Shown: one piece after another, positions 42,286 to 53,470 of the stretch | Position numbering within the stretch: the first letter of the stretch is position 1 | Layout: each line of letters opens with the position of its first letter | Assembly (NCBI GenBank): GCA_964384485.1 | Contig: CAYLLE010000006.1 | Coordinates: forward strand, 1-62,673 | Length of the DNA stretch: 62,673 bases | Direction of reading: 5' to 3' | Origin: an uncultured Spirochaetales bacterium | GTDB taxonomy: Bacteria > Spirochaetota > Spirochaetia > CAYLLE01 | Program-made: the position numbers and the translations under genes | Notes under the pieces: generated by a model | What the model saw: only the letters and a program-made list of their open reading frames with translations | The model's database searches: none | Told to the model about the DNA's origin: nothing

Positions 42286-43610
42286 TAAAGCTCCGTAGTT
42301 TTAAACTGGGGGAGATGTTCAGCGTTCTTCCTGAACATTGCCTGGGTCATTTCCTTGATTTCCGCCAGACTTAATACCGCGGAGGCAAGGGGATCCATGC
42401 AGATCGCGTGAAATGTTTTTCTCGGATCACCTTCCACTGCGGACTGTACGGCGAGCTCTTCGCACCGCGCGCTGGTGTTGTTAATGATAGCTAAATGATC
42501 GGGGAGGGCGCCGACGTGGATCGCCTCTATGCCCCGGGGGGATGCTAAGACCGGAACTTCTACACAGCAGCCTTCGGGCAGGTTGTCGATGAGACCGAAA
42601 TTTCTGACATTTCCGTTGAACTTGTACATCGCCCCGTCTCCGAAAACGGCGTTAAAGATGGAGGCGGCATATTCGTGTCCCCGATCAAGATCTATTTCAT
42701 CTTCTTTGAGCCACTCTTCTATGGTTTTCTTCCATGTTTCTTCCCGTTTCAGGTACCGGTTCAGGATATATCCGTAGTGTCCCGGGTTCCAGCCGGTACC
42801 GCTGGTACAGTATTTTTCTATGAGATCGGGGCGTTTCCGGTACCAGGCCACGTACTCAGAATTGTGTCCTGAGCTTTCGGTTACGTAGTAATCCAGATGA
42901 AGAAACATATCGTTCCGGACCTGTTCTTCATTATAAATTTCAGGATCTTCCATGGCTTTTCGGATTAATGGATAGGCATCTTCTCCGTCCCAGAGATACT
43001 GAAGATACCATGCCTGATGGTTTATTCCGGCGCAGGTATAGGTGATTTCATTTTCAGGAGCGCCGATCCATTTTGCAAGCATTGATGCTGTTCCCTGGAC
43101 GCTGTGACAAAGTCCGGTGAAGTTCAAATCGGTTTCTCCCTGGACTCCCCGGCAGAGCATTGCCATGGGGTTGGTGTAGTTCAGAATCACAGCATTTGGA
43201 CAGAGCCGTTTTATATCCCGGGCGATATCAAGCATCACCGGCATGGTCCGCAAGGTTCTGAAAATACCGGCCGGACCTCGGGTGTCGCCCACATTGATGT
43301 CTATGCCGTATTCCTTCGGTATTTCGATATCGTACCGCCAGACCCGCACACCTCCGGCCAGAATAGTTATGCAGACGCCGTCCGCTCCATTCAGGGCTTC
43401 CGCCCGGTCGGTGGTTGCGGTGATCTTGGCCGGATAATTTCCCGCGGCTGTTATTTTGCGGCACGCCTGCTCAATCGCGGCGAGACGCTCGGTGTCTATA
43501 TCCATCAATGCTATTTCCGTGTCAGATAATTCAGGGAAGGTTAAAATATCCCGCACCAGTTTCCGAGTGAACCCGAAACTGCCTGCTCCGATAAATGCTA
43601 TTTTTTTCAT
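42285..43610 (-). CDS. melA: GH4 alpha-galactosidase
   Basis: [43 protein letters not shown]. Confidence 0.9.
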   Translation of the reverse strand: MKKIAFIGAGSFGFTRKLVRDILTFPELSDTEIALMDIDTERLAAIEQACRKITAAGNYPAKITATTDRAEALNGADGVCITILAGGVRVWRYDIEIPKEYGIDINVGDTRGPAGIFRTLRTMPVMLDIARDIKRLCPNAVILNYTNPMAMLCRGVQGETDLNFTGLCHSVQGTASMLAKWIGAPENEITYTCAGINHQAWYLQYLWDGEDAYPLIRKAMEDPEIYNEEQVRNDMFLHLDYYVTESSGHNSEYVAWYRKRPDLIEKYCTSGTGWNPGHYGYILNRYLKREETWKKTIEEWLKEDEIDLDRGHEYAASIFNAVFGDGAMYKFNGNVRNFGLIDNLPEGCCVEVPVLASPRGIEAIHVGALPDHLAIINNTSARCEELAVQSAVEGDPRKTFHAICMDPLASAVLSLAEIKEMTQAMFRKNAEHLPQFKTTEL

Positions 43611-43684
43611 GATTATACTCCGGATAATTTTTGGACTATTCTACGGTAAAGACGGTTCAGTTACAACCTCAATAATCCCTGTCC

Positions 43685-43771
43685 CGGCAATTCCCGGTCA
43701 GCCAGATTTAAATTTATATACGTAATTAGGGCCACTTCTAAATTAAAAAAAGCGTTGACCGGGAATTGCTG
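43685..43771 (+). mobile_element. MITE-like hairpin element, subfamily A variant (87 bp)
   Basis: CGGCAATTCCCGGTCAGC...GTTGACCGGGAATTGCTG; interior alignable to 11917-12008; no clear 9-bp TSD. Confidence 0.87.
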
Positions 43772-43794
43772 TCCTAAATTTTTTATGGTATCAT
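43766..43794 (+). promoter_or_regulatory. Hybrid promoter with -35 from the element end
   Basis: TTGCTG (element end)-17 nt-TATCAT, with TG extension. Confidence 0.5.
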
Positions 43795-43820
43795 TCCCGG
43801 AATCTAAATGGAGGCTTGGG

Positions 43821-45197
43821 ATGCGTAAACAAAAAGACAGACCGAATATTATACTGATGAACTGTGATGATTTGGGTTACGGCGATATCGGCTGTTATGG
43901 TTCCCGGATGAACCGGACTCCCCATTTAGACCGTATCGGAGAGGAAGGGGTCATTTTTACCGATTTCTATATGGCCGCGCCGATATGCTCTCCCTCCCGG
44001 GGAGCCATGATGACCGGATGCTATCCCCGGAGGATCGGTTTTGATCTTTTTGACGGAAAAGGCGTTTTGTTTCCCGGTCAGGGCTGCGGACTTAATCCCG
44101 AAGAGAAAACAGTAGCCTCAATCCTGAAGGAGCAGGGATACGCAACAAAACTGGTGGGTAAGTGGCACTGCGGTGATCAGCCGGAATTCCTGCCTACAAG
44201 GCACGGATTTGATTCCTATTACGGACTGCCCTACAGTAATGATATGGGGGTCCAAAAGGGTCTTGAGCATCTGAAGAATCCGCCGCTTCCCCTGCTAAGA
44301 GATGAAGAAGTAATACAGCAGCAGCCGGACCAGAGCTCACTTACCGAGCGGTATGTGGAGGAGTCGCTCCGGTTTATCCGGAAAAATAAAGACCGGCCGT
44401 TTTTTCTCTATTTTGCCCACATGTACGTCCATCTTCCCATTTTTGTTCCCAGTAATTTCCTTGCGGCTTCGCAAAACGGTCCTTATGGAGGGGCAGTGGA
44501 ACATGTGGATTGGAGCGCCGGGATGCTGATGCATGAGCTTAACCGGCTGGGAATAGATAAAAACACCTTGTTTGTTTTTACTTCCGATAACGGTTCAAAG
44601 GCGGAGAACGGCGGAAGCAACGATCCCCTGAGAGGCACAAAAGGGACAACCTGGGAAGGGGGTATGCGGCTCCCGTGTATCATGAGGTGGCCCGGAGTCA
44701 TCGCCCCGGGACAAAAAAACAGTGAGCTCGTAACTTCCATGGATTTCCTTCCCACGTTTGCGGCTGCCGCCGGCGGAGATGCGCCGGATGACCGGATAAT
44801 TGACGGGAAAAATATCATGGATTTGATGAGGGGAGATCAAGGCGTATCTTCACCTCACTCGGTATTTTTCTTTTATTCCCGGGATTGTTTAGAGGCAGTT
44901 AGATCGGGATCCTGGAAACTTTTTGTTTCCAGGAACCGTGAATCTGTCCTGGAACTGTATAATTTAGAAGATGATATAGGCGAGACGACGGATGTTTCCG
45001 ATGCAAATCCGGAAAAAGTAAAGGAGCTCCTCGGGTTGTGTGACCGTATCCGTGCCGATATAGGGGACGGGGTAACCGGAACATCGGGAGAAAACCGCCG
45101 TCCCTTAGGCCGGGTATCGGATCCAAAGACCCTGACCGAATATGATCCTGAGCATCCCTATATGGTGGCCATGTACGATACCGAAGCGTGCGGTTAA
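43821..45197 (+). CDS. Arylsulfatase (Cys-type, formylglycine-dependent)
   Basis: DDLGYGD, CSPSR, GKWH, SDNG, WEGGMR; no signal peptide. Confidence 0.95.
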   Translation: MRKQKDRPNIILMNCDDLGYGDIGCYGSRMNRTPHLDRIGEEGVIFTDFYMAAPICSPSRGAMMTGCYPRRIGFDLFDGKGVLFPGQGCGLNPEEKTVASILKEQGYATKLVGKWHCGDQPEFLPTRHGFDSYYGLPYSNDMGVQKGLEHLKNPPLPLLRDEEVIQQQPDQSSLTERYVEESLRFIRKNKDRPFFLYFAHMYVHLPIFVPSNFLAASQNGPYGGAVEHVDWSAGMLMHELNRLGIDKNTLFVFTSDNGSKAENGGSNDPLRGTKGTTWEGGMRLPCIMRWPGVIAPGQKNSELVTSMDFLPTFAAAAGGDAPDDRIIDGKNIMDLMRGDQGVSSPHSVFFFYSRDCLEAVRSGSWKLFVSRNRESVLELYNLEDDIGETTDVSDANPEKVKELLGLCDRIRADIGDGVTGTSGENRRPLGRVSDPKTLTEYDPEHPYMVAMYDTEACG

Positions 45198-45198
45198 T

Positions 45199-46368
45199 CT
45201 ATGTTTTCCCTTTCCAGGGGATCTCTCTGTTCATTTCAAAGATACGGTCGGCTTCGTGCCGGTTAATTCGCCCGATGTTTCCGGCAAAAAGCTTCTGCAA
45301 AAGGGGATTCAGAAAATAGTGAAAACTTGAGCCGGCAACGGCTTGAAACCCCCGCCTCAGTTTATGGGGACTCCCCGCCCCGGGATCGAACTGCCGGATA
45401 CCGTGTTTTATGGCCCATTCGATGGGTGAGTAATAACAGAGATTAAAATGCAGATCCCGGTAATATATCCGGGTTCCCCAGTAACGACCCCACATGGTTC
45501 CGTTTTTCACGACAAGGAATGACATAGCGGCCGGATCAGGATCTCCGGGTTCGAACGCGGCAGCTAGCAGAAGCCGGGGTAGAAAGGCTTCCGAAAATCC
45601 GGTGAAGAACCGGCCGGTAAGGTATTTGGCGGCCCAAATCCCGAACTGGTCATTTGTTTTTTCGTAATATCGATACATTACCGGAAAATAAGAAGCCGGT
45701 ATCTCCGGACCACAGAGGAGCTGAATCTGTAAATCCTGCTCATCCATACTGCGCCGTTCCCTGCGGATATTTCTCCGCTGGTTTTTATTGAACTCCGCCA
45801 GATACTCCGAAAAATCGCCGTATTCCCTGTTCTCCCAGAGATAGCTCTGATGGAGCCATTCCAGATACCGTTCCTTAGGAAGTGAATCAGCCCACAGCGG
45901 ATCGGTATAAAGGAAGTGAATCCCCTTTATATCATGAACGGCGCAGAACTCCTCTATAATCTGCAGCATGAAAATTGTTGTGTCCTTTTGGTTTAATCCG
46001 GATGATACGAGAAACCGGTATTTACCCGAGGGAGTAGCGGGGATTGTACCCGTCATCTTGGGGTAGTACTCCGAGCCGAATTGCCCGGCAGCCTCGGCCC
46101 ACCCCCAATCCCAGATAAACTCTCCGGTGCTGTCTCCTTTTATGTAGAGCGGGGCCGCGGCGGTTATACTATTTCCGGACCATAGGGTGAGGTGGAACGG
46201 GAGCCACCCCTGCTCGGGGGAAACGCTTCCCGATTTTTCAAGCTGATTTAGCCAGCCCCATTCCAGAAAAGGCGAGGTATTTTTATCGACCAGGGAATTC
46301 CATTCTTCTTCCCGGACTTCCCCGATGTTCTGAAGCCAGCGGAGAGACAGATTACTCAGATCTTCCAT
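45199..46368 (-). CDS. FemAB-like GNAT protein (DUF482-type)
   Basis: GEFIWDWGWA, YYPK, GRYWG, LHFNLCYY, HKLRRGF. Confidence 0.9.
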   Translation of the reverse strand: MEDLSNLSLRWLQNIGEVREEEWNSLVDKNTSPFLEWGWLNQLEKSGSVSPEQGWLPFHLTLWSGNSITAAAPLYIKGDSTGEFIWDWGWAEAAGQFGSEYYPKMTGTIPATPSGKYRFLVSSGLNQKDTTIFMLQIIEEFCAVHDIKGIHFLYTDPLWADSLPKERYLEWLHQSYLWENREYGDFSEYLAEFNKNQRRNIRRERRSMDEQDLQIQLLCGPEIPASYFPVMYRYYEKTNDQFGIWAAKYLTGRFFTGFSEAFLPRLLLAAAFEPGDPDPAAMSFLVVKNGTMWGRYWGTRIYYRDLHFNLCYYSPIEWAIKHGIRQFDPGAGSPHKLRRGFQAVAGSSFHYFLNPLLQKLFAGNIGRINRHEADRIFEMNREIPWKGKT

Positions 46369-46870
46369 GCCCCTCCGGAGAGTCCTTTTCCGCCATTAAA
46401 AAAAGCAGGTCCGAAAGCCGGTTCAAATAAACGGAATAAATGTCTCCGGTTGACTGCTGCTCCATCCGGAAATACTTTAAAATCGAACGTTCAGCTCTCC
46501 GGCAGATACTGCGGGCGAAGTGAAAATGAGCCGACCGGGGATTGTCTCCGGGAAAAACGAATTCCGTTACCGGCGGAACGGATTCCTCAAGTTTCTTTAA
46601 TTCCGTCTCGATCCGGTTTATCTGTCCCCTCCCAAAGGTGAGTGTCCCGCCGGCTAACGCGCCCGACAGGAGTGAAAGTTCTTTTTGTATCTGAAGGATA
46701 CCGTGGTTTTCTTCAGGAACCGCGTAAAGACGGCACAGGCCTAAAGCGGCGGTTAATTCATCCAAATCGCCTAAAGCGTCGAATACCGGATGAATTTTCT
46801 CCTGCCGACCTCCCTTGAGCAGATCTGTAGTCCCGTCATCGCCCCGCTTAGTGGTGATGCTTGATTTCAT
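46352..46870 (-). CDS. pduO: ATP:cob(I)alamin adenosyltransferase (PduO-type)
   Basis: TKRGDDGTT, GDLDEL, ARSICRRAER, YLNRLSD. Confidence 0.92.
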   Translation of the reverse strand: MKSSITTKRGDDGTTDLLKGGRQEKIHPVFDALGDLDELTAALGLCRLYAVPEENHGILQIQKELSLLSGALAGGTLTFGRGQINRIETELKKLEESVPPVTEFVFPGDNPRSAHFHFARSICRRAERSILKYFRMEQQSTGDIYSVYLNRLSDLLFLMAEKDSPEGHGRSE

Positions 46871-46885
46871 ATAAAATAAGGAAAA

Positions 46886-47596
46886 TTATTTTTGCTTCCG
46901 CCGGTTCTTCGGGATTGATATGGTATGAGTAGTACCTCCGGCTGAATCAATTTTCCAGCCTCCTTTCAGTTCCATGGAAATGATCGTATTTACTAAATCA
47001 TGCCCTACCGCGGCTTTTTGAGTACCGTCTGGATCAATACCGCGTCCGTTATCTGAAATAACGATGGTATATCCATCTTTTTCGACGGATAGCGCAGCCT
47101 TCACATCTCCCTTCTCTCCATTGGAAAACGCATGCTCGAAAGCATTCATTAACAGCTCGTTTACGGCAAGCAGAAGAAGTACCGCGTCTGAACTGCTGAC
47201 TTCGGTTTCTGATTCCGGGATATGGATTGTCATCCGGTGGGGAGCCGCGAGATTTTCTTTGATGGTCTCTAAGAAGCTCAACAGATAATGTTCAAGACTG
47301 ATCTGTCCCATCAGGTCGATCTGTCCGAGTATGCTCTGGGTATGCACAATCGTTTGAATTCTGCCCATGCTGCTTTCTATTATTTCCTGAACCTCCGGGT
47401 TCTGAGCAGCCGCGCTTTTCATCTGGAGTATGCTGTTTAAAAGCTGCAGGTTGTTGTTCACTCTATGGCGAAACTCCTTTAAAAGCAGTTTAGTACGGTC
47501 GAGTTCTTCCCGGAGTTCGGCTTCCTTAAGCCGGCTTTTTTCCAGCTTACCCAATAAAGAAGACGCTGCATCTGTTTCATTATTATCTTGTATCAT
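46886..47596 (-). CDS. HisKA_2-type histidine kinase without a sensor domain
   Basis: EFRHRVNNNLQ, NELLMNAFEHAF, DNGRG; start uncertain. Confidence 0.85.
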   Translation of the reverse strand: MIQDNNETDAASSLLGKLEKSRLKEAELREELDRTKLLLKEFRHRVNNNLQLLNSILQMKSAAAQNPEVQEIIESSMGRIQTIVHTQSILGQIDLMGQISLEHYLLSFLETIKENLAAPHRMTIHIPESETEVSSSDAVLLLLAVNELLMNAFEHAFSNGEKGDVKAALSVEKDGYTIVISDNGRGIDPDGTQKAAVGHDLVNTIISMELKGGWKIDSAGGTTHTISIPKNRRKQK

Positions 47597-47752
47597 CTTA
47601 TCCGGCTCCCTGGCTGCTACAGCATTATTTCTATCGTAAATTTTCAAAAAATGGACTCCCTTCTCTGTTAATCGCATGTGGAAGATACTCAATTATATCA
47701 GAAGAGTCATCTTTTTATTACCCAAATAATCAACTTTTACGGAAATTTTACC

Positions 47753-49213
47753 CTAAAACGGCCCGAAGTTAACCGCCACGGCTATACCGATGAATCCGAT
47801 GCTGATTGCGAAAATCAAAGCCTGAAGCGGTATCGACCACTTGACCCATTTCGGATAACTGACAACGGTTAATCCCAGGGCAATAATAAGTATGGCGTTG
47901 GACGGATAAAGCATATTGCTGAATCCGTCACCCATATCAAATGCCAGGACCGAAGTCTGCCGCGTGATTCCCACCAGATCGGCCAAAGGAACCAGGATAG
48001 GCATCATAAGAAATGCTTTCGCTGACGCGGACCCGATAAAAAAGTTCATTATCAGGGTAAGGAGATATATCAAAAGGGCCGCGGAGAAGGGTGACGCGCC
48101 GCCGATTATGGTGCCGGCTCGGTACAGGATGGTATCGGTTATCATCCCCTGGTCAACAATATGTTTCACGCTCATACTCATCATAATCAGAATGACTCCC
48201 GGCAGCATATTAATGGTTCCCCGGGAAAATGCTTTTAAAACTCCTTTACCGCCCATTTTCGCGAGGAGACCTGATCCTATGCCTCCGATGAGGAATAGCA
48301 GAGCCATGACGGGGAAGGCAGCATCCGACAGGGCCGGGATCTGCGAGGTGACCAGGACAAACACGATCGCGGCGCCCATACAGGCTCCGAACCATGTAAG
48401 CGCCCGTTTCATATACTTGGGCAGTCCCTCATCAACCTGAGCAGTATGGGTGCTGCGGGCCAGAGATTCTTTAACCGGAATATCTTCCCGGTAGACCGGA
48501 GAAGATTCCGGTTTCCGCTCTATCTTTTTGGCGTACCTTCTGACGTATAAATATACCAGGAAAAAGATAACAGTAAAAAAGATCAGTCTTAACCATGCCC
48601 CGGAAAACAGGGGAAGTTCAGCAATTGTCTGGGCGACGCCGATGGTGAAAGGATTTGTTACGGCAGCGGAAAAACCGAATGCTAAAGGGAGGAGACTCAT
48701 GCCGAGTCCGGTCATGGAGTCCCATCCCATGGCGTGGGCTAAAGGTACAATGAGCACCACCAGGGGAATGAGGGTTTCGTAGATTCCCAGAAAAGCGGCA
48801 AGAAACATGAAAAAGAATATCAGGATTCCCATCAAAAGATATTTCCGGGTGCCGAATTTTCTTACCATCAGATTCAGCAGGGATTCAATGACCCCGCCTA
48901 ATTCCAGAATAGTAAAAGAGCCGCCGACGAATATCAGAAACAGAATTATCGTAATAACCGGCAGATTTCCTTCAGAATAAAGTACCTCCACCGGCGCCGT
49001 GAACCACCGCCATACCGGATATTCCGGAGGCTGTCTGAACTCAAAGGATCCCGGGACAACCTGTTCACGGCCGTTGACTGAAACCCGTTCGAACTCTCCC
49101 GGCTGTACAACCTTGGTTAAGATACCGGAAACGATCATCAGTCCAAGAATAATAAAAAATGCGAGCAGGAAGGCTTTCTTTCCTATCTTAAGCGAAGCTG
49201 TTCTTTCTTTCAT
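47753..49213 (-). CDS. YfcC/DcuC-like membrane transporter
   Basis: Many TM helices, NPFTIGVAQ, LPLFSG, GDGFSN; GAGGAG SD. Confidence 0.88.
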   Translation of the reverse strand: MKERTASLKIGKKAFLLAFFIILGLMIVSGILTKVVQPGEFERVSVNGREQVVPGSFEFRQPPEYPVWRWFTAPVEVLYSEGNLPVITIILFLIFVGGSFTILELGGVIESLLNLMVRKFGTRKYLLMGILIFFFMFLAAFLGIYETLIPLVVLIVPLAHAMGWDSMTGLGMSLLPLAFGFSAAVTNPFTIGVAQTIAELPLFSGAWLRLIFFTVIFFLVYLYVRRYAKKIERKPESSPVYREDIPVKESLARSTHTAQVDEGLPKYMKRALTWFGACMGAAIVFVLVTSQIPALSDAAFPVMALLFLIGGIGSGLLAKMGGKGVLKAFSRGTINMLPGVILIMMSMSVKHIVDQGMITDTILYRAGTIIGGASPFSAALLIYLLTLIMNFFIGSASAKAFLMMPILVPLADLVGITRQTSVLAFDMGDGFSNMLYPSNAILIIALGLTVVSYPKWVKWSIPLQALIFAISIGFIGIAVAVNFGPF

Positions 49214-49226
49214 GCTGCGGACTCCT

Positions 49227-50588
49227 CTATGCCCATTTCTGGGAACGCTTAATAAATTCTTCGAAAAACCGTATTGTAAGCTGGTAATTTTCCATCGAGA
49301 GGCGTTCACCCGCTCCATGGATACGGTCCAGTTCTTCCTGATTCAGCTTCATCGGGGAAACCCGGTAAACCGCATCGGATATCTCCGCGTAGTACTTCGA
49401 ATCAGTGGTTCCCGTCATCAGAAATGGAGCGGTGATGCACTCCGGAACCAGCTCCTTTAAAAGGACAGCGGTTTGCCTGAATATCTCGCTGTCCCCCGGC
49501 GACACCGGCACCTGTATTTCTTCACCCTCAAACTCCGGTTCAATTGTGATTCCGGGAATACCGGCGCAGATCTTTCGGAACTGCCGCGCCGTTTCTGCTG
49601 CTGAATCTCCCGGAAGCAGGCGTACATTGATAACCGCTTCCGCGTTTTGGGGTAGAACATTGGCCGCGTTGCTCGCTTTGGCCATAGTAGCCGCGGCGGT
49701 TGTTCTGATCAGTGCATTTGTGGCGGGATATTTCGCCAATGCCTTTAAAATGAAGGATCGAAAGATCGACGGATTGCTGAGCAGGAATTTCCGGATGCCT
49801 TTCATTCCCGCGGCGGCTGATTTGAGAAATTCCTTAACCGGAAGAATGAGTTTCGGAGGCAGCGGATTCCCTTCTATTAAGGTGATCGCGCGGGCCAGAT
49901 TACCAAGCGCGGTATGCTTCGGAGGCATTGCCGAATGTCCGCCTCCGGACACCGCCTTTATCCGGTAGTTAACGAATGCCTTTTCAGCGACGCTGATAAG
50001 AGCGAGAGGCTGCGTCACCCCCTGGAGCATGTTTTCCGCAATAAGGCTTCCCTCATCTAAAACCGCGGCGAACTTCACCCCCTGGTTTCGGAGAAATTCA
50101 GCCATGGCACCGGCTCCATATGTTCCGGTTGTTTCCTCATCCCCGCCGAAGGCGAAATAGATATCCCGCTCCGGTCTGAATCCCTGCTCCAGGAGCGCGG
50201 TTGCGCCCTCCATTATGCCCAGGAGATTGTTTTTGTCATCCTGGGCACCCCGCCCCCAAACGTATGTTCCGTCAAAATGACCGGAAAAGGGCGGATGGTC
50301 CCATTTAGATTCGTCGGCAGGATCAACCTCCACAACATCATAATGGGCGGCCAGGAGCAGAGGTTTTTTTTCCGAACCGGTGCCCTTCCACCGGTAAATT
50401 ACGCCGAAATCGTTCCGGTAAATCCTTCCAATATTACCGTGAAATGCCGGATATGATTCTTCGAGGAATTCCAGGAATTTTCTGTGGATAGAACGATCGA
50501 TTTTATCGTAGTTCCTGCAGCTTACCGTTGGTATTGTAATTCCGCGGCTGAACCTGTTTATGATTTCATTTTTCAAGATAAACTCCAT
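49227..50588 (-). CDS. M20 peptidase (carboxypeptidase S/PM20D1-like)
   Basis: AHYDVV, WGRGAQDDK, GGDEE, DEG, GGHSA, TDS, IHG. Confidence 0.92.
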   Translation of the reverse strand: MEFILKNEIINRFSRGITIPTVSCRNYDKIDRSIHRKFLEFLEESYPAFHGNIGRIYRNDFGVIYRWKGTGSEKKPLLLAAHYDVVEVDPADESKWDHPPFSGHFDGTYVWGRGAQDDKNNLLGIMEGATALLEQGFRPERDIYFAFGGDEETTGTYGAGAMAEFLRNQGVKFAAVLDEGSLIAENMLQGVTQPLALISVAEKAFVNYRIKAVSGGGHSAMPPKHTALGNLARAITLIEGNPLPPKLILPVKEFLKSAAAGMKGIRKFLLSNPSIFRSFILKALAKYPATNALIRTTAAATMAKASNAANVLPQNAEAVINVRLLPGDSAAETARQFRKICAGIPGITIEPEFEGEEIQVPVSPGDSEIFRQTAVLLKELVPECITAPFLMTGTTDSKYYAEISDAVYRVSPMKLNQEELDRIHGAGERLSMENYQLTIRFFEEFIKRSQKWA

Positions 50589-50747
50589 TGCTTCGTGTCT
50601 CCTGCAAAAGCGGCTATGTCCGCCGAACCGGTTACTACGGTATCGGCCTTATATTGCTTCATAATGGAACCTCCGGAAATTTTCCAGGGAATTGCTTTCG
50701 GCAGTATATAATGTATATACTTATGAAAGCAATTGGAGGTTACCAAA

Positions 50748-51875
50748 ATGCGGATATTGGAACATAAAGTTATTTTCCGGGAAGGTTATCCCGGATGGCC
50801 GAGTATCGCCCGGACAAAAGAGGGGGAGCTATTAATCGTATTCAGCGGATTCAGGGAAGAACATGTCTGCCCCTACGGGAAGACTGTGCTTATCCGTTCC
50901 CGGGATTCGGGTGAGACCTGGGGAGAGCCTGAGATCATTACCGATACACCCCTGGATGACCGGGATGCCGGAATACTTGTCTGTTCCAACGGGACCATTG
51001 TCGTCAGCTGGTTTACGCTTTGCCGTGCCCGGAATTCGGTACTATCCGCCGGGCATTACAGCCGGGAAATCAAGGAACGTTGGGCCAGGGATATCCAGGC
51101 AATTCCGCCTGAAGAAATTGATAAATGGACAGAACCGGGCAAAATTGAGCCGGAGTATGGTAAACGGGGTCATTTTATCCGCCGTTCTGAAGACGGCGGG
51201 AAAACATGGGAATCTCCCATTTCTGTAGTGCCCTCGTCACCCCACGGACCGATTGAACTTTCCGACAGGCGACTCCTGTATTTCGGGAACAAGGGATACG
51301 AGCGCGAAGGAAAAACCTCCTCCTTAGCGGCTGCGGAATCGAGAGACTGGGGGAAAACCTGGAAAGTAATCGGGGGAACAACCATGTTTACCGGTCCGGA
51401 TAATTCTGAATCGGGAGCGGTCTCGTACATGGGCGAACCTCATGCCGTGGAATATGAACCCGGTAAAATACTTGTTCTGCTGCGCCATCAGAGTCTGGTG
51501 TACACTCCCGGGGAGACGGAACAGTATAAGATGTGGAAAACAGTATCGGAGGACGGGGGCCGTACGTGGAGTGAACCGGAGAAAACGCCCCTCTTAGGGT
51601 ATCCCCCCCATCTGCTTAAACTTTCCGACGGCAGAATTCTGGCAACTTACGGCTACCGTTTTCCGCCCTACGGAGAACGGGCTTGCCTCTCCTCAGACGG
51701 AGGCCGTACCTGGGATACGGAAAACGAAATAATTTTAAGAGACGATTCACCCGATGATGATTTAGGGTATCCCGCCTCATTGGAGCTTCCCGGCGGGCAA
51801 ATCCTTACGGTGTATTATCAGCGCGAAAACCCTTCACAGAAACCGTGCCTGCAGTTAACCAGGTGGGAACTGTGA
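50748..51875 (+). CDS. Sialidase-like BNR/Asp-box beta-propeller
   Basis: Repeated SxDxGxTW Asp boxes, DDRD, DLGYP. Confidence 0.88.
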   Translation: MRILEHKVIFREGYPGWPSIARTKEGELLIVFSGFREEHVCPYGKTVLIRSRDSGETWGEPEIITDTPLDDRDAGILVCSNGTIVVSWFTLCRARNSVLSAGHYSREIKERWARDIQAIPPEEIDKWTEPGKIEPEYGKRGHFIRRSEDGGKTWESPISVVPSSPHGPIELSDRRLLYFGNKGYEREGKTSSLAAAESRDWGKTWKVIGGTTMFTGPDNSESGAVSYMGEPHAVEYEPGKILVLLRHQSLVYTPGETEQYKMWKTVSEDGGRTWSEPEKTPLLGYPPHLLKLSDGRILATYGYRFPPYGERACLSSDGGRTWDTENEIILRDDSPDDDLGYPASLELPGGQILTVYYQRENPSQKPCLQLTRWEL

Positions 51876-53470
51876 GGCTTCTAGTAGTCGATGATGAAAT
51901 TGAAATTCGGGAGGGAATCCGGGAAGCCATTCCCTGGGGAGAGTACGGGATCGAAGAATGTATTGCCTCGCGGAATGCTTCCTCCGCTCTTCAGATAATC
52001 AATGAATACAAACCTGACATCATTATCCTGGATATAATGATGGAAGGTATGGACGGACTTGAATTTCTGGAAGTAATAAGAAATCATTTCCCTAATATAC
52101 AAGTTATACTTATAAGCGGATACGATGAGTTTACCTACGCGCAGCGTGCGGTTTCTCTTCATGCTTTCAGATATCTTTTGAAACCGCTGGACGATTCGGA
52201 TCTAATTAATGCAGTAACTGATGCGCGAGATGAAATAAATAAAAGACTCAATAATATTAAAAACAGTAAAGAGCTGAATGACATACTGTCTGTAAGTAAA
52301 CCATTACTTCAGGAGCAGTTTTTTCATCTTATATTGGAAAACCAGCTCCGCGAAGAAGAGGAAATAACACGATATGGAGCCGCTCTTGGAATAGATTTGA
52401 GCAGTTCTGTAGTTACCGGTATCTTCCTTTTGCCGGACCTGCCGAAGGAGGAGACCAGTGAAAGCTATGGAGATTTTTCTCTCTATACTGCAGTCATTAA
52501 AAATTATCTTCAGGAAAATTATACAGCCATGGGTTTTTATTCTTTTTTTTATCATGAGCTTTTAGGACTACTATCGCTAAAAAAAACCGGGGTAGACCTG
52601 AGTAAAACGCTTATCAATATAAAAAACTGGATTAACAATGAACTTAAGATAGGAGTAACCATCGGTATTGGCGGTTCACGCGGAAAATTAGAATCAGCCA
52701 GGCGATCATTCCACGAAGCAAAACAGTGCCTTAATGCTATACCGATTACCGGTCCAAATAAAATTATCTATTATAAAAATCTGTCTTTTTCACATAAAAG
52801 GGATACAAGTTTTAGACAGGAGTTAGAGTTTCGCGAGGAGCGGCTTATACAAGATCTCCTTAACGGTGTTTTCCCGAATGTTGATGTGCTTTCTGGAGAA
52901 CTATCTTCGTTATTTTCTGAATATCTTATTTTAGAAAATGATGGAGGTTTCAACAGGCTTCTTTCTGATTTGCTTCTTTTTCTTGTAAAAATAGTGGTAA
53001 ACCTTGGGTTAAAGCTTGATAGTAAAGGGACTGATCTGGAGAGGGCATCTCTTGAAATATTAGATGTACAGTCTGTCGCCGAATTAGATGATTTTCTAAG
53101 CCGTTTTCTTACTCGAATCATTAAAGAAATGGAATGCCGTCGGGAAAGACATAATTCTTTTTTAATCGAGAGCGCACTCGCTGTGATCGGAAAAAACCGG
53201 TATAAGGACATCAGCTTGTCTTGGGTCGCTGGAGAGCTGAATGTTCATCCGGTGTATCTTAGTAAAATATTTAAAGAAGAGATGAACATATGTTTTATTG
53301 ACTATGTGATCTCTGTTAAGGTTAAAGAAGCCAAACGTATGCTAAAGGAAACAAATCTTAAGATATATGAAATTGCGGGGGAACTTGGTTATATGGATGT
53401 TGATCATTTCACATCTCTCTTCAAAAAACAAGTTGGTATTTCTCCTAGCCAGTACCGCCGAATCGGATAA
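51872..53470 (+). CDS. YesN-like REC-AraC response regulator
   Basis: VVDDE, LDIMM, ISGYDEF, LLKP; C-terminal AraC HTH; GTGA overlap with upstream stop. Confidence 0.92.
   Translation: MRLLVVDDEIEIREGIREAIPWGEYGIEECIASRNASSALQIINEYKPDIIILDIMMEGMDGLEFLEVIRNHFPNIQVILISGYDEFTYAQRAVSLHAFRYLLKPLDDSDLINAVTDARDEINKRLNNIKNSKELNDILSVSKPLLQEQFFHLILENQLREEEEITRYGAALGIDLSSSVVTGIFLLPDLPKEETSESYGDFSLYTAVIKNYLQENYTAMGFYSFFYHELLGLLSLKKTGVDLSKTLINIKNWINNELKIGVTIGIGGSRGKLESARRSFHEAKQCLNAIPITGPNKIIYYKNLSFSHKRDTSFRQELEFREERLIQDLLNGVFPNVDVLSGELSSLFSEYLILENDGGFNRLLSDLLLFLVKIVVNLGLKLDSKGTDLERASLEILDVQSVAELDDFLSRFLTRIIKEMECRRERHNSFLIESALAVIGKNRYKDISLSWVAGELNVHPVYLSKIFKEEMNICFIDYVISVKVKEAKRMLKETNLKIYEIAGELGYMDVDHFTSLFKKQVGISPSQYRRIG

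Noticed and set aside
49405-49968. Long antisense ORFs (also 4957-5580, 13257-13877, 47916-48440)
   Set aside because: Shadow frames of well-supported genes on the opposite strand.
50671-50704. GGGAATTGCT resembling an element right end
   Set aside because: No matching left arm about 90 bp upstream; too short to call.
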